A stretch of DNA of 64,000 bases from Candidatus Deferrimicrobiaceae bacterium (GCA_963792415.1 CAWBVY010000004.1:642572-706571); one strand, 5' to 3'; counted from the stretch's first letter, positions 47,880 to 58,415 are shown. The notes: generated from the letters alone by a model not told the origin. Program-made: numbers and translations.

Positions 47880-48395
47880 ATGCAGGAGCGCAAGGGAGTA
47901 ATCACGTTCAAGGGGAATCCGATGACCCTCCTCGGGCCCGAGATCAAGGTGGGGGAAAAGGCCCCTGATTTCAAGGTTGTGGACAACGGGCTTGCGCCGG
48001 TGACGCTCGCGGATTTCAAGGGGAAGATCAAGATCATCAGCGCGGTGCCGTCCCTCGACACGCCGACGTGCGACACGGAGACACGGCGGTTCAACCAGGA
48101 GGCGGCGAAGCTCCCCGGGAACGTCGTCGTCCTGACGGTCAGCCTCGACCTCCCGTTCGCCCAGAAACGGTGGTGCGCGGCGGCCGGCGTCGACAAGGTG
48201 AAGACCCTCTCGGACTACCAGGACCGCTCCTTCGCCTCCGCCTACGGGGTGCTCATCAAGGAGCTGAAGCTTCTTTCCCGGTCGATCTTCGTCGTCGACG
48301 GCAGCGACACGGTGCGGTACATCCAGCACGTGAAGGAGGTGGCGCAGGAGCCGGACTACGCCGCGGTCCTCGCGGCGGCGCGGGATCTCAAGTAG
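47880..48395 (+). CDS. tpx: Thiol peroxidase
   Basis: VPSLDTPTC and SLDLPFAQKRWC. Confidence 0.93.
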   Translation: MQERKGVITFKGNPMTLLGPEIKVGEKAPDFKVVDNGLAPVTLADFKGKIKIISAVPSLDTPTCDTETRRFNQEAAKLPGNVVVLTVSLDLPFAQKRWCAAAGVDKVKTLSDYQDRSFASAYGVLIKELKLLSRSIFVVDGSDTVRYIQHVKEVAQEPDYAAVLAAARDLK

Positions 48396-48408
48396 AAAAG
48401 GGGGGGGG

Positions 48409-49293
48409 ATGAGGTTGACGATCCTGTGCGACGACACCGTCGCATCGGACCGGTGCGTCGCGGAACACGGCCTCTCGATTCTCGTGGAGCCCCCCAACGG
48501 ACACCGCTGGCTCCTCGACACCGGAACGACGGATGTCTTTCTCCGGAACGCCGACCGGATGGGCGTGCGCCTCGACGGCCTCGCCGGGATCGTCATCAGC
48601 CACGGGCACGATGATCACACGGGCGGCCTGATGTTCTGCAACCGTCTCCAGCCTCCCCCCCCCGTATACGGACATCCGTACATCTGGCACAAGCAGTACG
48701 ATGTGACGAAAGGGAAACCCGTGCGCGTCCTGGGTATGTCCGATCTTTCCCGGAAGCGCGCCGCTCCTCTCTTCCGGCCGGTCAACGGCACGGCGATGCT
48801 CGGGGAAGATCTGTACTTCTTCACCGATATTCCGCGCGAGCCGGGGAGCTACGCACCGACGGAGGGGAAGTTCTTCAACGAGGACGGAACCGGCCCGTGC
48901 CCGATCGTCGACGACGCCACCCTGGTCGCGCGCACCCCCCGCGGGCTCGTCGCCATTTTCGGCTGCGCCCACGCCGGCTACGTCAATATCCTGAAGGCCG
49001 TCCGGACGGCGTTCCCCGGCGAACGGCTCCTCTCCGTCGTCGGAGGATTGCACCTGGGGAGCGCGAACGACCAGGTCCTGGCGGAGGCGGTCGCGGCCAC
49101 CGGCGCCTTCAAGGCCGACCGGTTCACCTTCCACGGCGGACACTGCACCGGTGGAAAGACGATCGCGTATTTCAGGGAAGCCTTCGGCGACGACGCGGTC
49201 AGACCGCTGGGAGCGGGACGGGTCATCGAGTACTCGCCGTCGCCGAACGGCGGTCCGGGGACCTGCGAAGCTACTCTCCCAGCTTCTCCCTGA
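48409..49293 (+). CDS. MBL-fold metallo-hydrolase
   Basis: AEHGLS, LDTG, SHGHDDHTGG, GCAHAG, GGLHL and HCTG. Confidence 0.88.
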   Translation: MRLTILCDDTVASDRCVAEHGLSILVEPPNGHRWLLDTGTTDVFLRNADRMGVRLDGLAGIVISHGHDDHTGGLMFCNRLQPPPPVYGHPYIWHKQYDVTKGKPVRVLGMSDLSRKRAAPLFRPVNGTAMLGEDLYFFTDIPREPGSYAPTEGKFFNEDGTGPCPIVDDATLVARTPRGLVAIFGCAHAGYVNILKAVRTAFPGERLLSVVGGLHLGSANDQVLAEAVAATGAFKADRFTFHGGHCTGGKTIAYFREAFGDDAVRPLGAGRVIEYSPSPNGGPGTCEATLPASP

Positions 49294-49573
49294 CGGACCG
49301 GATCTTCCCCGCGATCGACCCCGGTTTGTCGCGGCGGTCGTCGATCTTGATCAGGGTCGACACCCGCATGGCGCCCTGCCCGAACGGTTCCTCGTGCATC
49401 TCCCGCAGGACCGGCAGGATCTCGTCGAGGTTCCCCTCGATGATCGATCCCATGGCGGTCAGCTCGTGCTTGAGGCCGCTCTTCCGGAGAATGCGTTCGA
49501 CGCCCGCCACGTAAGGGGAGAGGCTCGTGCTGGCGGTCCCGAGGGGCGCTATGGTGACGAATACCACGGCCAT
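49271..49573 (-). CDS. MTH1187/YkoF-like thiamine-binding protein
   Basis: MAVVFVTIAPLGT.STSLSPYVA...LTAMGSIIEG...RVSTLIKIDDRRDK. Confidence 0.85.
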   Translation of the reverse strand: MAVVFVTIAPLGTASTSLSPYVAGVERILRKSGLKHELTAMGSIIEGNLDEILPVLREMHEEPFGQGAMRVSTLIKIDDRRDKPGSIAGKIRSVREKLGE

Positions 49574-49709
49574 TCCGTCCTCCCGCTTCCTGCCTGTTGA
49601 TGGTGGGAATCTACCATTTCCCGTTTGATTATGGAATTGTCGGAGGAAGCGAAATATTCGCGCCGAGGAGAGGAGGCGCACGCCCTCCGCCTCGCCTTCC
49701 CTCCCCGCA

Positions 49710-50162
49710 TCAGATGAAATACATCATGTTGCTGCGCCGCCGCTGCGTCGCCTCGTCCTCTTCCCGGACGAGATCGGCGACGGTCGCGTGCGAGAAGACC
49801 GCCGCCGCCGCCGCGGACGCCTCTTCCACCAGTCGGGAAACGGCGGGGGAGGAACCGTCCTTCTCCGTCTTGCCGGGACCTTTCTGGCGATCCCGCGCCG
49901 CCATCGGTCCCTCGAACACTTCGACGATCTCGGAGGACCGGATCGAATCCGGGCGCCGCGCGAGGAGGTACCCGCCCCCGACCCCGCGCCGGCTTGTGAG
50001 GACCCCGGCGTTCTTGAGTTCGAGCAGGATCAGTTCGAGGAACTTCTTCGGGATCCCGTTCTTCTCCGCCAGATCCCGGATCTGGAAGGAGGTCCCCTCC
50101 GGGAAACGGGCCGCGTACATCAGGGCGCGCAAGGCGTACTCGGTTTTCTTGGATAAACGCAT
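49710..50162 (-). CDS. Rrf2 family regulator (no Fe-S cysteines; CymR-like)
   Basis: MRLSKKTEYALRAL, IPKKFLELIL, SRRGVGGGY and C-terminal MYFI. Confidence 0.9.
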   Translation of the reverse strand: MRLSKKTEYALRALMYAARFPEGTSFQIRDLAEKNGIPKKFLELILLELKNAGVLTSRRGVGGGYLLARRPDSIRSSEIVEVFEGPMAARDRQKGPGKTEKDGSSPAVSRLVEEASAAAAAVFSHATVADLVREEDEATQRRRSNMMYFI

Positions 50163-50185
50163 GTCCCCTCCGGGGCAGACTTTAC

Positions 50186-50218
50186 CCACATATCCTATCA
50201 GTAGGATAGGATATGTGG
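50186..50218. promoter_or_regulatory. Perfect 14-5-14 inverted repeat, probable Rrf2 autoregulatory operator
   Basis: CCACATATCCTATC-AGTAG-GATAGGATATGTGG, about 24 bp upstream of the Rrf2 start. Confidence 0.7.
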
Positions 50219-50261
50219 AATCCCACCCCTGGAAGGTGTGTTCCCGCCCGCAACGGAGCGA

Positions 50262-51275
50262 CTACGGGTGCAGAAGGCCCTTCGCCTGCCGGTACGCCTC
50301 GACGAGCTGGGCGTCGGGAACGTAGCTGTGCCAGTGGCCGGTGACGCGGGCGACGCCCCAGAACAGGAAGATCGTGCCGAGGCCGACCAGCGGGAGGAGG
50401 TACGGCGACCAGCCCGCCACTCCACGTCGCGTCACCGTGAGGCAATCTTCCACCGGGCACGCCGCAACGCACGACATGCAGCCGGTGCACTCGGGGGTCC
50501 ACACGGACGGTTTCCCGTGGACGCGGATCTCGACCGGGCACGCCCGCGTGCACGCCTTGCAGTCGATGCACGTCGGTCGGTCCCGCACGACCCGCTGGGG
50601 GGAGATCCAGCTGACCAGGCCGAGCAACGCGCCGTACGGGCACAGGTAGCGGCACCAGAAATTCTTCACGACGATCGACAGCAGCGCGAGGACGGCGAGG
50701 GTGACCGCCGTGACGCCGGTCATCTCCGTGAAGAAGAGGAGCATCTTCGCGTCGGCGGCGTAGTTGTACATCCCCCGCTGGAACTTCAGGATCGCCATCG
50801 TGTCCATCCTCAGGACGACGGCGTAGAGGAAGAAGCTGAGGAGGAGGTATTTGATCGATGTGAGCGCCTTGTCCGCCCACACGGGCAGCAGGACCTCCTT
50901 TTTCCGGCGCTTCCAGATCGTTTTCTCCCCGACCCACTCCAGCGCCCGGGAGATCCCCCCGATCGGGCAGACCCACGAGCAGAGGACCTTGCGGGCGAGG
51001 AAGGAGGAGATCAGCGCGGCGATCAGGATCGTCAGCCCCGCGGGGTGGATCTCGTCGTAGTTCCCGGTGAGCAGGAAGTACTTCAGCGACATGAGGGCGG
51101 AGATCGGCAAAAACGCCTCCACCGCGGGCGGGCGGCGCCCCGTCACGGCGGCTCCCGCGACGATCCGGGTGTAGAAGAGGTGGAACTCGTACCCCGCCAG
51201 CAGGAAGAAGGCGACGTATGCCCCCTGGACGACGGCGCGCAGGGCAGGGAGGATCTTGTACGGGTTTCGCCCCAT
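50262..51275 (-). CDS. Membrane polyferredoxin (YccM/NapH-like 4Fe-4S protein)
   Basis: VEAFLPI, CSWVCP, WCRYLCP, and two ferredoxin motifs (CIDCKACTRACP, CTGCMSCVAACP). Confidence 0.88.
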   Translation of the reverse strand: MGRNPYKILPALRAVVQGAYVAFFLLAGYEFHLFYTRIVAGAAVTGRRPPAVEAFLPISALMSLKYFLLTGNYDEIHPAGLTILIAALISSFLARKVLCSWVCPIGGISRALEWVGEKTIWKRRKKEVLLPVWADKALTSIKYLLLSFFLYAVVLRMDTMAILKFQRGMYNYAADAKMLLFFTEMTGVTAVTLAVLALLSIVVKNFWCRYLCPYGALLGLVSWISPQRVVRDRPTCIDCKACTRACPVEIRVHGKPSVWTPECTGCMSCVAACPVEDCLTVTRRGVAGWSPYLLPLVGLGTIFLFWGVARVTGHWHSYVPDAQLVEAYRQAKGLLHP

Positions 51276-51375
51276 TCTTGCGATTATTCCACGTACCGGC
51301 GCGTCCGTTCCTTGACCTTTCTCAAACCCGGAACGTACACTAAAATGGCGGTTCTCGCGGAGGAGGAACAGGGAG

Positions 51376-52635
51376 ATGGCGCTCATCGGCGAGGTGTACG
51401 TCGGGGACATCCTCGGAAAGGTCGTCCTCGACCCGCGGGGCGAGGAGATCGGCCGCGTCCGGGACATCGCCGTGGAGGCGGGAGCGCGGTTCCCGCGCGC
51501 CGTCGGCCTCTTCATCGAGAAAAGGAAGACGACGCGCTACCTCCCCTGGGAGGATCTCTCCATCTTCAACAAGCGGATCATCTCCTCCCGGAAGACCGAA
51601 GAGGAGATCCCGGAGGCGGCTCCCTCCCAGGAGCACCTTCTCATCCGCAAGGACCTCCTTGACAAGCAGATCGTCGACATCGACGGCGCGAAGGTCGTGC
51701 GGGTGAACGACGTGAGGCTCACCGAGGAGGGCGGAGCCGCCTACGTCACCGACGTGGACGTGGGGATGCGGGGGATCCTGCGGCGGCTGGGCGTCGAGCG
51801 CCGCGGGGGCTCCTTCTTCGAGACGATCCGCCACCCGCTGCGTCACCAGCTGATCTCCTGGCGGTTCCTGCAGCCGCTCGAGTCCAGGCTCGACCGGCTG
51901 ACGCTGTCGATCTCCCGCGACGCGGTATCGGACCTGCACCCGGCGGACCTCGCCCAGATCATGAGCGACCTGACCCCCGAAGAGCGGCAGGATTTCTTCG
52001 AGAAGCTCGACCTGGAGGCCGCGGCGGAAGCCCTGCACGAGCTCGAGCCGGAGGTCCAGGCGGACCTCATCTCCGAGATGGACAAGGAGCAGGCGGCCGA
52101 CATCATCGAGCAGATGCCGCCGGACGAGGCGGCGGATATCATCGCGGATCTCCCCGCGGAGAAGGCCCAGGAGCTCCTCCAGCTGATGGAGAAGGAGGAG
52201 GCGCAGGACATCCACGAGCTGCTCCACCACGAGGAGGACACCGCGGGGGGGCTCATGACGAACGAGTACCTCGCGTGGCCGCCGGCGATCACGGTGGGGG
52301 AGGCGCTCGAGCGGTTCAAGACGGAGGCCCGGGAGATCGAGCACGTCTACTACATCTACGTGGTGGAGGACGAGAAGCTGCTCGGCGTCGTCGGCCTGCG
52401 GGACCTGCTGACCGAGGAGCCGGGAAAGAGACTGTCCGACGTGATGCACACGAAGCTGAAGATCGCCCGCGCGGAGACGGGGGAGGATACGGTCGCCGCG
52501 CTGATCTCCAAGTACAACCTGCTCGCCCTGCCGGTCGTCGACGAGGAGAACCGCCTCCTCGGCGTGGTCACCGTGGACGACGTCGTCGACCTCCTCCTGC
52601 CGCCCGCCTCGCGGAAAAAACGCCGGATGATGTAG
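51376..52635 (+). CDS. MgtE-like cytosolic protein (PRC barrel + MgtE_N + CBS pair, no TM domain)
   Basis: DLLDKQIVD, LHPADLA, MPPDEAAD, TAGGLMT and LLGVVTVDD; no hydrophobic C-terminus. Confidence 0.85.
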   Translation: MALIGEVYVGDILGKVVLDPRGEEIGRVRDIAVEAGARFPRAVGLFIEKRKTTRYLPWEDLSIFNKRIISSRKTEEEIPEAAPSQEHLLIRKDLLDKQIVDIDGAKVVRVNDVRLTEEGGAAYVTDVDVGMRGILRRLGVERRGGSFFETIRHPLRHQLISWRFLQPLESRLDRLTLSISRDAVSDLHPADLAQIMSDLTPEERQDFFEKLDLEAAAEALHELEPEVQADLISEMDKEQAADIIEQMPPDEAADIIADLPAEKAQELLQLMEKEEAQDIHELLHHEEDTAGGLMTNEYLAWPPAITVGEALERFKTEAREIEHVYYIYVVEDEKLLGVVGLRDLLTEEPGKRLSDVMHTKLKIARAETGEDTVAALISKYNLLALPVVDEENRLLGVVTVDDVVDLLLPPASRKKRRMM

Positions 52636-52639
52636 CCGC

Positions 52640-53914
52640 CTACAGCCCCACCATCCTCGGGAGCCCGGGGAAGACGGTCACCGCCACCAGAAGGGCGGTG
52701 AGGACGATCATGACGACCGTGGTCGTCCACGCGATCCCGTTGAACGCCTTCGAGTTGACGTGCTCCCCCATCAACTCCCGGTCGTTGATCAGCTTGAGCA
52801 TGAAGATGAGGACGAACGGGAGCAGCACGCCGTTGATCACCTGGGACAGGTACATGATCAGCAGCAGCGGGGCCCGCGGGTAGAGGACCAGCGCCCCCCC
52901 GAGGACGATCAGCCCCGTGTAGAGCCAGAAGAACTGGGGGGCCGTCCGGAAGTCCTTGTCGATCCCGGATTCCCACCCCATCCCCTCGCAGACGCAGTAG
53001 GCGGTCGCCAGCGGCAGGATCGATGCGGCGAACAGCGACGCGTTCGCGAGCCCGATCGCGAACAGCGTGGAGGCGTATTTTCCCGCGAGCGGCGCCAGCG
53101 CCACGGCGGCGTCGCTTGCGTTCTCGATGTGGACCCCGTTCACGTACAGGGTGGCGCCGCACGCCACGATGATCGACAGGGCCACGATGTCGGTCACGAA
53201 GCACCCGAAGATCACGTCGACCCGCGTCAGCGCGTACTCCTCCACCTGCAGGTTCTTCTCCACCACGGCGGACTGCAGGTAGAACTGCATCCAGGGGGCG
53301 ATCGTCGTTCCCACCATTCCGATCAGGAGGGTGATGTATTCGGCGTTGACGCGAAGGTCCGGCACCACCAGGTTGCGCGCCACGACGGCGGCGTCGGGGC
53401 CCGCGAGGTACGCGGCGACCGGGTAGGCGAGGAAGATGAGGCACGCTACCAGGAAGATCTTTTCAACAACCCGGTACGTCCCCTTCACCACGAGGAACCA
53501 GACGGCCGCGGCTCCGACGGGGACGGAAAAATATTTGCTGACGCCGAAGATCTCCCACGCGGAGGCCCACCCGGCGAACTCCGCGACCGTATTCCCGAGG
53601 TTGGCGAACACAAGCGCCACCAGGAGATAGAAGGTCGGGAGGACGCCGAACTTCTCCCGGATGAGATCCGCCAGCGTCTTCCCCGTGACCACGCCCATCC
53701 GCGCGACCATCTCCTGGACGACGATCAGCGCGATCGTGATCGGGATGAGCGTCCACAGGAGCGCGTAGCCGAAGTGCGCCCCGGCGATCGAGTACGTGGC
53801 GATCCCGCCGGCGTCGTTGTCGACGGACGCCGTGATGATCCCCGGCCCGAGGACCGCCAGGAACAGCAGGATCTTCTTCTTGTCGAACCGGCGGAAGCGC
53901 ACTTCCCCCTCCAT
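52640..53914 (-). CDS. NRAMP-family divalent metal transporter
   Basis: GPGIITASVDNDAGGI, QEMVARMG and GTTIAPW; about 11 TM helices. Confidence 0.9.
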   Translation of the reverse strand: MEGEVRFRRFDKKKILLFLAVLGPGIITASVDNDAGGIATYSIAGAHFGYALLWTLIPITIALIVVQEMVARMGVVTGKTLADLIREKFGVLPTFYLLVALVFANLGNTVAEFAGWASAWEIFGVSKYFSVPVGAAAVWFLVVKGTYRVVEKIFLVACLIFLAYPVAAYLAGPDAAVVARNLVVPDLRVNAEYITLLIGMVGTTIAPWMQFYLQSAVVEKNLQVEEYALTRVDVIFGCFVTDIVALSIIVACGATLYVNGVHIENASDAAVALAPLAGKYASTLFAIGLANASLFAASILPLATAYCVCEGMGWESGIDKDFRTAPQFFWLYTGLIVLGGALVLYPRAPLLLIMYLSQVINGVLLPFVLIFMLKLINDRELMGEHVNSKAFNGIAWTTTVVMIVLTALLVAVTVFPGLPRMVGL

Positions 53915-54034
53915 GCGTGATCCGGATTATCCATTGGAAAATACCACACCTCGAAGTTCCGCCGCCCCGTAAAAGGCGATTTCCATGGGGCTTTCCTGAT
54001 AAGATCGGATACAAAAGGGGAACAAGGGGCTTCC

Positions 54035-55399
54035 ATGCCCGGACGCATCCTGTTCATCGACGACGACCCCGCCGGCCGGGAGGTGGCGCTGTTCAACCTC
54101 CGGAAGGCCGGGTATGAAGTGACCGCCGCGGAAGACGGGGCGCAAGGCCTTTCCGCGTTCGCGGCCTCCCCCTTCGACCTCGTGATCACCGATCTCAAGA
54201 TGCCGGGCATCCCGGGGATGGAGGTGCTCCGGAAGATCCACGCCGGGTCGCCCGACGTCCCCGTCCTCGTCATCACCGCCTTCGGAAACGTCGAGACCGC
54301 CGTGGCGGCGATGAAGGAGGGGGCGTACGACTTCATCGGGAAGCCGTTCCACCGGGACCAGCTCCTGCTCGCGGTGGAGAAGGCGCTCGACCGGCGACGG
54401 CTGGCCACCGAGGTGCGCGACCTGCGGATCCGGGCCTCCGGCGTCGGGCGGGACGTCGTCGCCGTTTCGGCGGCGATGCGCCGGCTGCTCGAGATGGCCG
54501 ACCGCGTTGCCGCCACCGAGGCGACGGTTCTCGTCACGGGCGAGAGCGGCACGGGGAAGGAGGTCCTCGCCCGTCGGATCCACGTTCGGTCCCCCCGGGC
54601 CGAGGGTCCGTTCGTGGCGGTCAACTGCGCCGCGATCCCCGCGGAGCTGCTGGAGTCGGAGCTGTTCGGGCACGCCCGCGGCGCCTTCACGGGGGCCGTG
54701 CGCGACCGCGCCGGACGATTCCGCCAGGCGTCGGGCGGGACGCTCTTCCTCGACGAGGTCGGTGAGATCCCTCCTCCGCTGCAGGGGAAGCTGCTTCGGG
54801 CGCTGCAGGAGAGGGTTGTGGATGCGGTGGGGGCCGACGCACCGGTGCCGGTGGACGTCCGGATCCTGGCCGCCACGAACCGGGACCTTCGTGCGCGGAT
54901 CCGGGAAGGTTCCTTCCGCGAGGATCTGTACTACCGGTTGAACGTCGTGGAACTCGCCGTGCCGCCGCTTCGGGACCGCCCGGACGACATCCCCCCGCTG
55001 GTCCAGCGCTTCGTCTCCGAATTCGCCGGCGGACGGGAGATCGCGGTTCCCGCCGCCGTTGTCGCGGAGCTTGCGAGACGCCCGTGGCCGGGCAATGTGC
55101 GGGAGCTCAGGAACGCCTGCGAGCGGATGGTCATCCTGTGCCGCGGGGAGGAAGTTTCCCTCGTCGATCTCCCGCCCGCGCCGCACGGGGCGGACGCGGG
55201 GACCGGGGAAGACGCCCCGGGGTCGTTCCCGACGCTTCCGGAGGAGGGACTTTCCCTGATGGATCTCGAGAAGCGGGTGATCGAGCGCGCGCTGCGGATG
55301 AAGGGTGGGAACATCACGCAGGCGGCGGTGTACCTGCGGATCCCCAGGCACATCCTCGTCTACCGGATCGGGAAGTACGGGCTTCGGCGCGATGCCTGA
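54035..55399 (+). CDS. Sigma54-dependent response regulator (NtrC/AtoC/ZraR family)
   Basis: Receiver domain, GESGTGKE, ESELFGH.RGAFTGA, FREDLYYRL and a Fis-type HTH. Confidence 0.93.
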   Translation: MPGRILFIDDDPAGREVALFNLRKAGYEVTAAEDGAQGLSAFAASPFDLVITDLKMPGIPGMEVLRKIHAGSPDVPVLVITAFGNVETAVAAMKEGAYDFIGKPFHRDQLLLAVEKALDRRRLATEVRDLRIRASGVGRDVVAVSAAMRRLLEMADRVAATEATVLVTGESGTGKEVLARRIHVRSPRAEGPFVAVNCAAIPAELLESELFGHARGAFTGAVRDRAGRFRQASGGTLFLDEVGEIPPPLQGKLLRALQERVVDAVGADAPVPVDVRILAATNRDLRARIREGSFREDLYYRLNVVELAVPPLRDRPDDIPPLVQRFVSEFAGGREIAVPAAVVAELARRPWPGNVRELRNACERMVILCRGEEVSLVDLPPAPHGADAGTGEDAPGSFPTLPEEGLSLMDLEKRVIERALRMKGGNITQAAVYLRIPRHILVYRIGKYGLRRDA

Positions 55400-56567
55400 C
55401 CCTGCGCGGCACGGCCTCGCCCAAGGGGTGCTGGAGGACCTGCGGCCGATCTTCACGCCGAAGATGGTGCTCTCCGCGTGGATCCCGTGCCTCGTGATCA
55501 CCGTGCTCCATTACCGGACCGGGGCGCAGCATCCATGGGGACACGACGTCCTCCGCCGGCTCTACTACCTGCCGATCCTGTTCGCGGCGTTTTCCGGCGG
55601 CCTGCGGGGCGGGGTCACCGTTTCCGTGTTCGCCTCCCTGGTCTACCTCCCCCATGCCTTCACGAGCCTCCTGGTGCAGGACCCGGGGGACGCCATGGAG
55701 AAAGGCCTGGAGATCCTCCTATATAATATCGTTGGGGTCGTTGCGGGCCTGCTGGTCGACCGGGAGCGCCGGGAGCGGGAGCAGCAGGGACGTCTGGCGG
55801 CCCGCCTCGGGGAGGCCCTCGCGGAGCAGCGGCGGATCGAGTCGCAGTTGATCCGCGCGGGGAAACTCGGTGCGCTGGGCGAGATGACGGCGGGGATCGC
55901 CCACGAGATCAAGAACCCGCTCCACGCCCTGAAGGGGACCGCGGAGATCCTGCGGGACGCCGTCCCGGAAGGGGTTCCCGAGCGCCGGATGCTCGAGCTG
56001 CACATCGAGGAGATCGACCGGCTCGGCCAGGTCGCGGACCGGTTCCTCTCCTTCGCGCGGCCGCTCCCAGCTTCCCTGCGGCCGGTGGAGCCGGAATCGC
56101 TGGTGGACCGCGTGGTGTCGCTCGTGGCGACCCAGGCGCGCAAGGAGGGGGTCGAGATGGTCGTGTCGGCGGACGGGTCCGGGGGGGGACTCCCGAAGGT
56201 GACGGGGGACCCGGACCTGCTGGTGCAGCTGCTGCTGAACATCGCGCTGAACGGGGTGCAGGCGATGGCGCCGGAGGGCGGGGGGACGTTGACCTTCTCC
56301 CTCGGGACGGAGCGGCAGGGAGGGAAGGAGTACGTGCGGGTGCGCGTCGCGAACACGGGGCCGCCGGTTCCCGAGGAAGACCTGGAGCGGATCTTCGACC
56401 CGTTCCACACAACGAAGGACGGAGGGACGGGACTCGGGCTCTCCATCTGCTCCCGCATCGCGGACGAGCACGAAGGGGCGCTGACGGTCCGGAACCTGCC
56501 GGGAGGAGGGGGCGTGGAGTTCTCCCTCGCCCTGCCGACGGCGGAGGCGGCGGATGGCGGACGATAA
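55392..56567 (+). CDS. Membrane sensor histidine kinase
   Basis: His-containing TM region, AHEIKNPL H-box, and N, F and G boxes (GTGLGL). Confidence 0.92.
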   Translation: MPDPARHGLAQGVLEDLRPIFTPKMVLSAWIPCLVITVLHYRTGAQHPWGHDVLRRLYYLPILFAAFSGGLRGGVTVSVFASLVYLPHAFTSLLVQDPGDAMEKGLEILLYNIVGVVAGLLVDRERREREQQGRLAARLGEALAEQRRIESQLIRAGKLGALGEMTAGIAHEIKNPLHALKGTAEILRDAVPEGVPERRMLELHIEEIDRLGQVADRFLSFARPLPASLRPVEPESLVDRVVSLVATQARKEGVEMVVSADGSGGGLPKVTGDPDLLVQLLLNIALNGVQAMAPEGGGTLTFSLGTERQGGKEYVRVRVANTGPPVPEEDLERIFDPFHTTKDGGTGLGLSICSRIADEHEGALTVRNLPGGGGVEFSLALPTAEAADGGR

Positions 56568-57621
56568 GTCCCTCTCCGAAGTCCACTCGTCGGTGGCGGT
56601 CCCCGAATCGCGGAGGTTCCTGCGGTTGACCGCCCTGGTCCTTCTCGGAGTGCTGGTTCTCGCCACGGGTTGCGTGATCCGGCGGGAAGACGGGACCGAA
56701 GCACCCGTCCCGGGGGACCTGTCGGATCGGAAGATCCGCGTTGTTGCCACGATCGGAATGATCGCGGAGATGGTGAAACAGGTCGGGGGAGAGCGGGTCG
56801 AGGTGGAGGGGTTGATGGGCCCGGGAGTCGATCCTCACCTCTACAAGGCGAGCGAAGGGGATGTCATCCGCATGGCGGCGGCGGATGTCGTCGTCTACAA
56901 TGGTCTTCATCTTGAAGGGAAGATGTCCGAGGTCTTCGAACGGATGGGAAACCGCCTCCGGACCGTCGCGGTGACCGACGGGATCGACCGGGAGAAGTTG
57001 CTCCGCCCCCCCGAATTCAAGGGTGCCTACGATCCCCACGTCTGGTTCGATGTGACTCTATGGATGGATGCGGTGAAGACGTTGGAGAGGGCGCTCGCCG
57101 AAATGGACCCCGCCCATGCGGACGTATTCCGGGCGAATGGATCGAGGTACATGAATGGCCTCGTGGTGCTGGACCGATATGTCCGGAGGGAGGCATTGAT
57201 CGTGTCCCCCCGGAAACGGGTGCTCATCACCGCGCACGACGCCTTCAACTATTTCGGGAGGGCGTACGGATTCCGGGTGCACGGCCTCCAGGGGATCAGC
57301 ACCGTTGCGGAGGCCGGCGCGGCGGACATCCAGGCGCTTGCACGGTTGATCGTCGAGAACGAAATCCCCGCCGTGTTCGTCGAGTCCTCGGTGCCGCCCC
57401 GCTACGTGGAGGCGCTCAAGGAAGCGGTGGAAGCGAAGGGTTTCCGGGTGGAGATCGGAGGCAGCCTCTTCTCGGACGCGATGGGCGATCCCGGAACCCC
57501 GGAAGGAACGTACGACGGCATGGTTCGACATAACATCGATACCATCGTCTCGGCGCTGGCCGGACCCCGCCCCGCGGGAGCCGGATTCCACCCTGGGGGG
57601 AGAGGAAATGACGTCCGCTAG
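56554..57621 (+). CDS. troA: Mn/Zn/Fe ABC transporter substrate-binding lipoprotein (TroA/MntA)
   Basis: Lipobox ATGC, GVDPHLY, YDPHVW, TAHDAF and LFSD. Confidence 0.9.
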   Translation: MADDKSLSEVHSSVAVPESRRFLRLTALVLLGVLVLATGCVIRREDGTEAPVPGDLSDRKIRVVATIGMIAEMVKQVGGERVEVEGLMGPGVDPHLYKASEGDVIRMAAADVVVYNGLHLEGKMSEVFERMGNRLRTVAVTDGIDREKLLRPPEFKGAYDPHVWFDVTLWMDAVKTLERALAEMDPAHADVFRANGSRYMNGLVVLDRYVRREALIVSPRKRVLITAHDAFNYFGRAYGFRVHGLQGISTVAEAGAADIQALARLIVENEIPAVFVESSVPPRYVEALKEAVEAKGFRVEIGGSLFSDAMGDPGTPEGTYDGMVRHNIDTIVSALAGPRPAGAGFHPGGRGNDVR

Positions 57622-58396
57622 CGGCACGGAGCCGGCCATCAAGGTGGAAGACCTGACCGTGGCGTACGGCGAGAGGCCGGTTTTATGGGACGTGGACATG
57701 GAAGTGCCGCCCGGCATCCTGATGGCGGTCGTGGGTCCCAACGGGGCCGGGAAGACGAGCCTGATCAAGGCGGTCACGGGCCTGGTCCGCCCGGTCGCCG
57801 GCTATGTCGCCATCTTCGGGAAACCGTACCCGGAACAGCGGCACCTGGTGGGCTACGTACCGCAGCGAAACAGCGTGGACTGGGATTTCCCCACGACGGT
57901 CCTCGACGTCGTGATGATGGGCCGGTACGGGGGTTTGGGCTGGTTCCGGCGGCCCGGCTCGGCCGAACGGGCGTTGGCCCTGGATGCGCTCGAGAAGGTG
58001 GGCATCATCGAATTCAAGGACCGCCAGATCAGCCAGCTCTCCGGTGGCCAGCAACAGCGCCTTTTCCTGGCCCGGGCCATCGTCCAGGACGCACGGATCT
58101 ACCTCATGGACGAGCCGTTCCAGGGGGTGGACGCGACGACCGAGCGGGCCATCGTGACGCTGCTCAAGGAGATGCGCGCCCGCGGGAAGACCGTCGTGGT
58201 CGTTCATCACGATCTGCAGACCGTTCCCGAATACTTCGACTGGGTCACCCTGCTCAACGTGCGCTGTGTCGCGAGCGGTCCCGTCGACCGCGTGTTCAAC
58301 GATCGGAACCTGCGGCTGACCTACGGCGGGCGCGTTTCCTACCTGACCCACCACGCCCCCGGGGACACGCTCGCCGACGGGGAAGGCGGCGGCTGA
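57608..58396 (+). CDS. troB: Metal ABC transporter ATPase (TroB/MntB)
   Basis: [20 protein letters not shown] and VHHDL. Confidence 0.92.
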   Translation: MTSASGTEPAIKVEDLTVAYGERPVLWDVDMEVPPGILMAVVGPNGAGKTSLIKAVTGLVRPVAGYVAIFGKPYPEQRHLVGYVPQRNSVDWDFPTTVLDVVMMGRYGGLGWFRRPGSAERALALDALEKVGIIEFKDRQISQLSGGQQQRLFLARAIVQDARIYLMDEPFQGVDATTERAIVTLLKEMRARGKTVVVVHHDLQTVPEYFDWVTLLNVRCVASGPVDRVFNDRNLRLTYGGRVSYLTHHAPGDTLADGEGGG

Positions 58397-58415
58397 CGGA
58401 TCCGTGGGAGCGACG

